Part shown: piece by piece, positions 16,066-21,933 of the stretch | Position numbering within the stretch: position 1 is the first letter of the stretch | Layout of the letters: each line of letters starts with the position of its first letter | DNA from: Deltaproteobacteria bacterium | GTDB lineage: Bacteria; Myxococcota_A; Polyangia; Haliangiales; JADYYK01 | Length of the DNA stretch: 21,933 nt | Direction: 5' to 3' | Assembly (NCBI GenBank): GCA_020853705.1 | Contig: JADYYK010000107.1 | Coordinates: 1-21,933 of the forward strand | Notes under the pieces: model-generated | The model's database searches: none | What the model saw: the letters and a program-made list of their open reading frames with translations, nothing else | Told to the model about the DNA's origin: nothing | Position numbers and translations under genes: made by a program

Positions 16066-17277
16066 ATGCATCGAGAAGGGCACGGCGGCCTGCGGCTCGG
16101 CTTCATCAGCGGACGCATGTGCTCCCGTGGGCAGGACAGAAAGCTGTACTGCCACCCAGGGCTCGGCCGCCTGGTCGACGCCCTGCGCGGCCGGGTCGGC
16201 AAGCTGACGGTGGCCATGAGCCTGGCACCTGAACGTCCGACCGTGCACGACCATCAAGTCGACATGGCCGAGGCCGACTTCGTGGCGCTGCCGCACCTGC
16301 CCAGCACTCTCGCGGGGTTGCGCCAGGATCTGGCGTGCCGGCGCGCGTTTGCCGAGGTCGAGCGGCGCTCCGACGCCGTCATCGTCCAGCTGCCGTTCTC
16401 GCCGCCCAGCGCGCTGGCGCCGGCGCGCAGGCCGCGCGTCTACCATGTGTGCGCCGACGTCCCCAGCGTGGTGCGGGCGTCGCCCTTCTACACCGGGTTG
16501 CGGCGCCTGGCCGCGGTGGGCGCCGCCGATGCCATCCACCTGTGGACGCGCGCCCTGGTGCACCGGCAGCGCTGTCGCGTGGTCACCAACGGCGGCGAGC
16601 TGATGGCGCGGCTGGGGCGGCCGCCCGGCAGCGTGGGGGTCAGCTCTTCGCTGCTGGCATCGGAGATCGGCTCGGTGACCCGGGCGCGCCCGGCGGGGGC
16701 GCCGTTCCGCGTGCTGTTCGTGGGCTACCTGCGGCCCGAGAAGGGCCTCGACGTGCTGATGGCGGCCTATGCCCGCCTGTGTGACGACCTGCCCGGCAGC
16801 GAGCTGGTGATCGTCGGTCAGCAGGATCTCGACGAGGGCGGCGCGGCGCGCGAGTTCGCCGCCGCGGTGGCGGCGCTGGGGGCGCGCGGGCGGGTCACCC
16901 TGCGCGGCCACCTGCCGTTCGGGCCGGCGCTGTTCCGCGAGTATGCCGACGCCGACGTGCTGGCGGTGCCCAGCCGCAGCGAGGGTACCCCGCGGGTGCT
17001 GGTCGAGGCGCGCGCCTTCGGCTGCCCGGTGGTGGGGACGCGCGTGGGGGGCATCCCGACCTCGGTGGCCGATGGCGAGGACGGCCTGCTGGTGCCGCCC
17101 GACGACGCCGGGGCGCTGCACGCGGCGCTGTTGCGCATCGCGCGCGAGCCCGCGCTGGTGGCGCGCCTGGTCGAGCGCGGCCATGCGGCGGCGCGCCGGG
17201 CCACCGTCGATGCGTTTGCGCTGCAATTGCTCGCCGAGGTGGATACTCTGCTCGGCCACGCCAGGGAGGCCAGCTGA
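16066..17277 (+). CDS. GT-B fold glycosyltransferase (family 4 / Glycos_transf_1-like)
   Basis: The C-terminal half is typical of this fold: FRVLFVGYLRPEKGLDVLMAAY, LVIVGQ, ADVLAVPSRSEGTPRVLVEARAFGCPVVGTRVGGIPTSVADGEDGLLVPP. The start is placed at the ATG at 16066 (MHREGHGGLRLGFISG); the upstream part of the track ORF overlaps the divergent promoter region. Confidence 0.9.
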   Translation: MHREGHGGLRLGFISGRMCSRGQDRKLYCHPGLGRLVDALRGRVGKLTVAMSLAPERPTVHDHQVDMAEADFVALPHLPSTLAGLRQDLACRRAFAEVERRSDAVIVQLPFSPPSALAPARRPRVYHVCADVPSVVRASPFYTGLRRLAAVGAADAIHLWTRALVHRQRCRVVTNGGELMARLGRPPGSVGVSSSLLASEIGSVTRARPAGAPFRVLFVGYLRPEKGLDVLMAAYARLCDDLPGSELVIVGQQDLDEGGAAREFAAAVAALGARGRVTLRGHLPFGPALFREYADADVLAVPSRSEGTPRVLVEARAFGCPVVGTRVGGIPTSVADGEDGLLVPPDDAGALHAALLRIAREPALVARLVERGHAAARRATVDAFALQLLAEVDTLLGHAREAS

Positions 17278-17897
17278 TGGGCAGCAAGGACGCGACCGAG
17301 ATCGTCGAGAAGAGTCCGCTCAGGCGCGCGCTGGCGTATGCCTGGTTCGAGGGCGTGATGTGGGCGACCGCGCCGCTGCCGGACTTTCGCGCGGTGCAGC
17401 GGCTGCGCGGGCGCCTGCTGGCGCCATGCTTCAAGAGCTGCGGCAAGAACGTGATGATCGCCAAGGACGTCAGCGCCTCGTACACCACCAGCATCGAGCT
17501 CGGCGACGACGTCTGGATCGCACGCGGCTCGTGGCTGATGGGCTACGGCGGGATCCGGCTCGACGACGAGGCCATGCTGGGGCCCTACACGGTGCTGGCG
17601 GGGGCGCTGCACAGCAAGCACGAGGGCTCGTACCGACATGGCACGCCGAAGGGGGCGCCCATCGTGATCGGGCGCGGGGCCTGGACCGGAGCGCACTCGG
17701 TGGTGATCGCGGGGGTCACGGTCGGCGAGGGCGCCGCGGTGTCGGCGGGCTGCATGGTCACCGTGGATGTGCCGGCCCAGGCCATGATCACCGGCGTCCC
17801 GGGGCGGGTGGTCAAGCCGGCGGCGACCGAGCCAGGGGCCGGGCCAGCAGGGCCAGGCAAGGACAAGGACAAGGACAAGGAGGCGCGGGCGAAGTGA
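17277..17897 (+). CDS. Left-handed beta-helix (hexapeptide-repeat) acyl/acetyltransferase
   Basis: Hexapeptide-like turns are present: IELGDDVWIARGSWLMGYGGIRLDDEAMLGPYTVL and IVIGRGAWTGAHSVVIAGVTVGEGAAVSAGCMV. AGGGAGG lies 6 nt upstream. The ATG overlaps the GT stop by 1 nt (TGATG). The C-terminal tail is KDKDKDK, encoded by (GGACAA)n. Confidence 0.85.
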   Translation: MGSKDATEIVEKSPLRRALAYAWFEGVMWATAPLPDFRAVQRLRGRLLAPCFKSCGKNVMIAKDVSASYTTSIELGDDVWIARGSWLMGYGGIRLDDEAMLGPYTVLAGALHSKHEGSYRHGTPKGAPIVIGRGAWTGAHSVVIAGVTVGEGAAVSAGCMVTVDVPAQAMITGVPGRVVKPAATEPGAGPAGPGKDKDKDKEARAK

Positions 17898-19726
17898 GTT
17901 CGGGCCTGTCAGCCGCGGCCGAGGTCGAGGCCATCATCGCCGAGGCCGGCGCCGGGGCCGAGGGGCCGAGCGGGGTGCTCAAGGCGGCGCGCCGGCTGGC
18001 GCCGCTGATCAGCGGGCAGCCGCGGGTGGCGCTGCTGGCGTCGTTCGCGGGCCAGCTGCTGGAGCCGTACTTCGTGGTCGAGGCGGCGCGCGCGGGCTAT
18101 CCGCTGCGCCTGTGGGCGGCGCCGTTCGGGCAGTTCGAGCAGCTGGTGCTGGACACCGGCTCGGCGCTGTGGGCCTCGGCCCCCGAGGTGCTGATCGTCG
18201 TGCTGCGCCTGTGCGAGCTCGACCGTCGGCTGGTCGACGAGGCGCCCGAGCTGGGGCCCGCGGGCGTCACCGCGCGGCTGGTGGCGCTGCGCAGCCGGCT
18301 GGTCGGGCTGGCGCGCGAGCTGCGCGCGCGCTCGGCGGCGCCGGTGCTGGTGGCCAACCTGGCGCTGGAGGGGCCGGTGGCGCTGTTCGACGCCAGCGAT
18401 CCGGATGGCCTGGCGCACCTCGTGGCCGAGCAGAACCGGGTGCTGGCGCGGGAGCTCCGCGAGGTCGCCGACGCGCACGTGTTCGACTACGCCGGCACGG
18501 TGGCCGAGGTCGGCGCGGCGCGCTTCGCGGACGCCAGGCTGTGGGCCATGGCGCGCGCGGTGGGCAGCACCGAGGCGCACGTGGCGATGGCGCGGCGGCT
18601 GGCCGCGTCGGCGCGCGCGCTGCTCAGGCCGGCGCAGAAGTGCATCGTGGTCGATCTGGATCACACCCTGTGGGGCGGCGTGCTGGGCGATGACGGGCCG
18701 GCGGGGCTCAAGCTGGGCGACGACGGGGTGGGGGCGCTGTACAAGGATCTGCAGGCGGCGCTGCTGGGCTACCGGCGCCGCGGCTTGCTGCTGGCGGTCG
18801 CCAGCAAGAACGACGACGCGGTCGCGCGCGAGGCGCTGGCGACGCACCCCGAGATGCTGCTGCGCCCGGCGGACTTCGCCGCGATGGAGATCGGCTGGGG
18901 ACCCAAGTCGGAAGGGCTCAGCGCCATCGCACGGGCGCTGAACATCGGCGTCGACGCCCTGGTGTTCGTGGATGACAACCCGGTCGAGCGCGCCGCGGTG
19001 CGCGCCGCGCTGCCCGAGGTGCAGGTGGTCGAGCTGCCGGCGGAGCCGGCGGGCTATGTGGCGGCGCTCAGGCGCACGCCGGGGCTGGAGGCGCCGCGCC
19101 TGCTGGCCGAGGATCGCGCGCGCGCGGGCATGGTGGCGGGCGACGTGGCGCGCGGAGCCTGGTCGGCGCAGGCGGGGTCGGTGCAGGACTTCCTGGCCTC
19201 GCTGGAGATGGTGGCCGAGGTCGGGCGGGTCGATGAGGCCACGCTCGGGCGGGTGCACCAGCTGATCCAGAAGACCAACCAGTTCAACCTGACCACCCGG
19301 CGCCACCCTCTGGAGGAGGTGCGCCGGCTGGGCGCGGCCGACGACGCCGTGGTGGCCTGGCTCAGGCTGGCGGATCGCTTCGGTGATCTCGGCCTGGTGT
19401 GCGTGGGGATCGCGAGGGCGGTGGCGGGCGAGGCGGCGGAGCAGGCCGGGCTGTGGGAGATCGACAGCCTGCTGATGAGCTGTCGGGTGATGGGGCGGCA
19501 GGTCGAGGACGCCTTCCTGAGCTACCTGGCCGAGCAGGCGCGCGGCCGTGGCGCCAGGCGGCTGCGCGGAGCCTTCGTGGAGACGGCCAAGAACGCGCCG
19601 GTGCGCGGCTTCTATGGCGAGCGCGGCTGGCTGGCGACAGGCGACAACGTGTGGGAGCGCGACATCGCCGCCGAGGGGCCAGCGTGGCCAGCGGTGGTGA
19701 AGCGGAGACCGGACAAGGAGGCATGA
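17894..19726 (+). CDS. FkbH-like HAD-IIIC superfamily enzyme (HAD phosphatase core plus C-terminal GNAT-like domain)
   Basis: The GTG at 17894 is in frame with track ORF 16943..19726 and overlaps the upstream stop (GTGA). HAD motifs are present: CIVVDLDHTLWGGVLGDDG, LLLAVASKN, WGPKSEGL and LVFVDDNPVERAAV. They are followed by HQLIQKTNQFNLTTRR, which is typical of TIGR01681/TIGR01686 FkbH-like proteins as recalled. Confidence 0.85.
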   Translation: MSSGLSAAAEVEAIIAEAGAGAEGPSGVLKAARRLAPLISGQPRVALLASFAGQLLEPYFVVEAARAGYPLRLWAAPFGQFEQLVLDTGSALWASAPEVLIVVLRLCELDRRLVDEAPELGPAGVTARLVALRSRLVGLARELRARSAAPVLVANLALEGPVALFDASDPDGLAHLVAEQNRVLARELREVADAHVFDYAGTVAEVGAARFADARLWAMARAVGSTEAHVAMARRLAASARALLRPAQKCIVVDLDHTLWGGVLGDDGPAGLKLGDDGVGALYKDLQAALLGYRRRGLLLAVASKNDDAVAREALATHPEMLLRPADFAAMEIGWGPKSEGLSAIARALNIGVDALVFVDDNPVERAAVRAALPEVQVVELPAEPAGYVAALRRTPGLEAPRLLAEDRARAGMVAGDVARGAWSAQAGSVQDFLASLEMVAEVGRVDEATLGRVHQLIQKTNQFNLTTRRHPLEEVRRLGAADDAVVAWLRLADRFGDLGLVCVGIARAVAGEAAEQAGLWEIDSLLMSCRVMGRQVEDAFLSYLAEQARGRGARRLRGAFVETAKNAPVRGFYGERGWLATGDNVWERDIAAEGPAWPAVVKRRPDKEA

Positions 19727-19733
19727 AGGAGGC

Positions 19734-19969
19734 ATGAGCTTGCTGCTGCAGCGGGTGCGCAAGGTGGTGGCCGACGTCTTCGACGTGCCGCTGGAGCGGG
19801 TGGGGCCGAAGACGTCGAAGGACGACGTCGAGGCCTGGGACTCGGTCAACGTGGTGCACCTCATCATGGCGCTGGAGGCCGAGTTCGCGGTGGCGTTCAG
19901 CGACGACGACACCGCGGATCTGCTGTCGGTCGAGCTGATCGTGGCGCTGCTCGAGGAGAAGGGGGCGGC

Positions 19970-19973
<4 letters not shown>
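19734..19973 (+). CDS. Acyl carrier protein
   Basis: 79 aa, acidic, four-helix pattern. The phosphopantetheine site context is EAWDSVNVVHLIMALE. AAGGAGG lies 4 nt upstream of the ATG. Confidence 0.85.
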
Positions 19974-21247
<1,274 letters not shown>

Positions 21248-21352
21248 GGGTGGCGCCGCGCTGCTGGGGCCTGCCTGGGCTGCGCACAGGATGAACCTTG
21301 GCTTCGCCAGATCGCTGCGCGGGGATGGCAATGGGGAGTAAGATCCCCAGAG

Positions 21353-21933
21353 ATGCAGGCAGTTGCGAGGAGGTCGCTGGATCCACGGCTGCGGGTGCTG
21401 TACCTGCTGCTGGTCGCGATCGGCATCTTCGTGGTGCCGAAGCTGTGGATGGTGGCGGCGCTGGCGCTGGCGCACGCCGCGGCCTGGCTGCTGATCGGGC
21501 TGCCGCCGCGGCGCCTGCTGCGCCAGATCTTCAAGCTGTGGGGCTTCGCGACGTTCCTCATCCTGTCGTTCGCGCTGACCGAGGGTGGCAAGCGCGGACC
21601 GGTGTGGCAGGTCGACCTGTGGCTGTTCACGGTCGACTTCTCGGGCCACGCGGCGCTGGCGGGCGTGACCATGGTGCTGCGCGTGGTCACCGTCATCCTG
21701 GCGTCGCAGGTCGCGCGCGCGGGTGACGCGCGCGCCATCGCGGCGGGCCTCGGCAAGCTGGGGGTGCCGCGTATCGCGGCGGTGTCGATCGACTCTGTGC
21801 TGGCGCTGATGGGCGACGGCATGGGTGGCGGCGGCGGCGGTGGGCGAGGGCGGCATCGCGGTGGCGGTGGCGGTGGCGGTGGCGGTGGCGGTGGCGGTGG
21901 CGGTGGCGGTGGCGGTGGCGGTGGCGGTGGCGG
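21353..21933 (+). CDS. EcfT/CbiQ-like transporter transmembrane component (tentative); 3' end outside the window
   Basis: This ORF is not in the supplied track because it has no stop inside the window. My hand translation of frame 2 from the ATG at 21353 gives MQAVARRSLDPRLRVLYLLLVAIGIFVVPKLWMVAALALAHAAAWLLIGLPPRRLLRQIFKLWGFATFLILSFAL...VTMVLRVVTVILASQVARAGDARAIAAGLGKLGVP... and then poly-Gly. GC3 bias is strong and there is no stop. The hydrophobic pattern and the LDPRLRVLY start resemble CbiQ/EcfT proteins. Family assignment is by recall only. Confidence 0.5.
   Translation, partial: MQAVARRSLDPRLRVLYLLLVAIGIFVVPKLWMVAALALAHAAAWLLIGLPPRRLLRQIFKLWGFATFLILSFALTEGGKRGPVWQVDLWLFTVDFSGHAALAGVTMVLRVVTVILASQVARAGDARAIAAGLGKLGVPRIAAVSIDSVLALMGDGMGGGGGGGRGRHRGGGGGGGGGGGGGGGGGGGGGGGG
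21860..21933 (+). repeat. Coding hexanucleotide microsatellite (GGTGGC)n, more than 12 units, truncated by the window end
   Basis: The ggtggc repeat is perfect from 21860 to the last base. It is read as poly-Gly in the frame of the EcfT-like ORF. Confidence 0.95.

Noticed and set aside
21248-21352. Possible cobalamin or other riboswitch upstream of the CbiQ/EcfT-like ORF.
   Set aside because: I could find no B12-box-like element or convincing conserved helices in the 105-nt spacer. It cannot be supported without a covariance-model scan.
21298-21726. Track ORF 21298..21726 (plus strand, 142 aa).
   Set aside because: The sequence is Gly/Ala/Arg-rich and motif-less. A different plus frame (ATG 21353) gives a coherent hydrophobic membrane protein with proper GC3 bias, so this ORF is an off-frame artefact.

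Overview
Very GC-rich bacterial chromosomal segment. The gene content looks Myxococcota-like; this is inference from two eukaryotic-type Ser/Thr kinases, strong GC3 codon bias, frequent GTG/TTG starts and many low-complexity linkers. About 22 genes can be supported; most other long ORFs in the six-frame track are Arg/Ala/Pro/Gly-rich shadow frames.

Left to right:
- 3' end of a phage-tail-like tube protein with tandem gp19-type domains
- TlpA-like redoxin lipoprotein, divergent from a 10-TM His-motif membrane protein
- small lipoprotein
- tRNA-Sec (selC)
- tatD
- non-canonical tRNA-like cloverleaf with a 9-nt anticodon loop, co-directional with a 141-aa unknown protein and a Pth2-type peptidyl-tRNA hydrolase homologue
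- periplasmic coiled-coil protein
- marR, a 17-bp tandem repeat array, a 22-bp perfect palindrome, and a ClC channel with CBS domains
- signalling block: Ser/Thr kinase with TolB-like propeller, Ser/Thr kinase with OmpA-like domain, stand-alone receiver, and a duplicated REC-HD-GYP protein
- membrane protein with a zinc ribbon
- translationally coupled operon: GT4 glycosyltransferase, hexapeptide acyltransferase, FkbH-like HAD-IIIC enzyme, ACP, MaoC-dehydratase/SDR fusion
- 5' part of an EcfT/CbiQ-like membrane protein that runs off the window

No CRISPR array, integrase or transposase was seen.

Most interesting:
- the odd tRNA-like gene and its Pth2-like/unknown-protein neighbours beside selC
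- the FkbH-ACP glycan-type operon, which has no PKS in the window
- the repeat-plus-palindrome architecture in front of the ClC gene
- several very pure hexanucleotide microsatellites, both intergenic and encoding protein linkers
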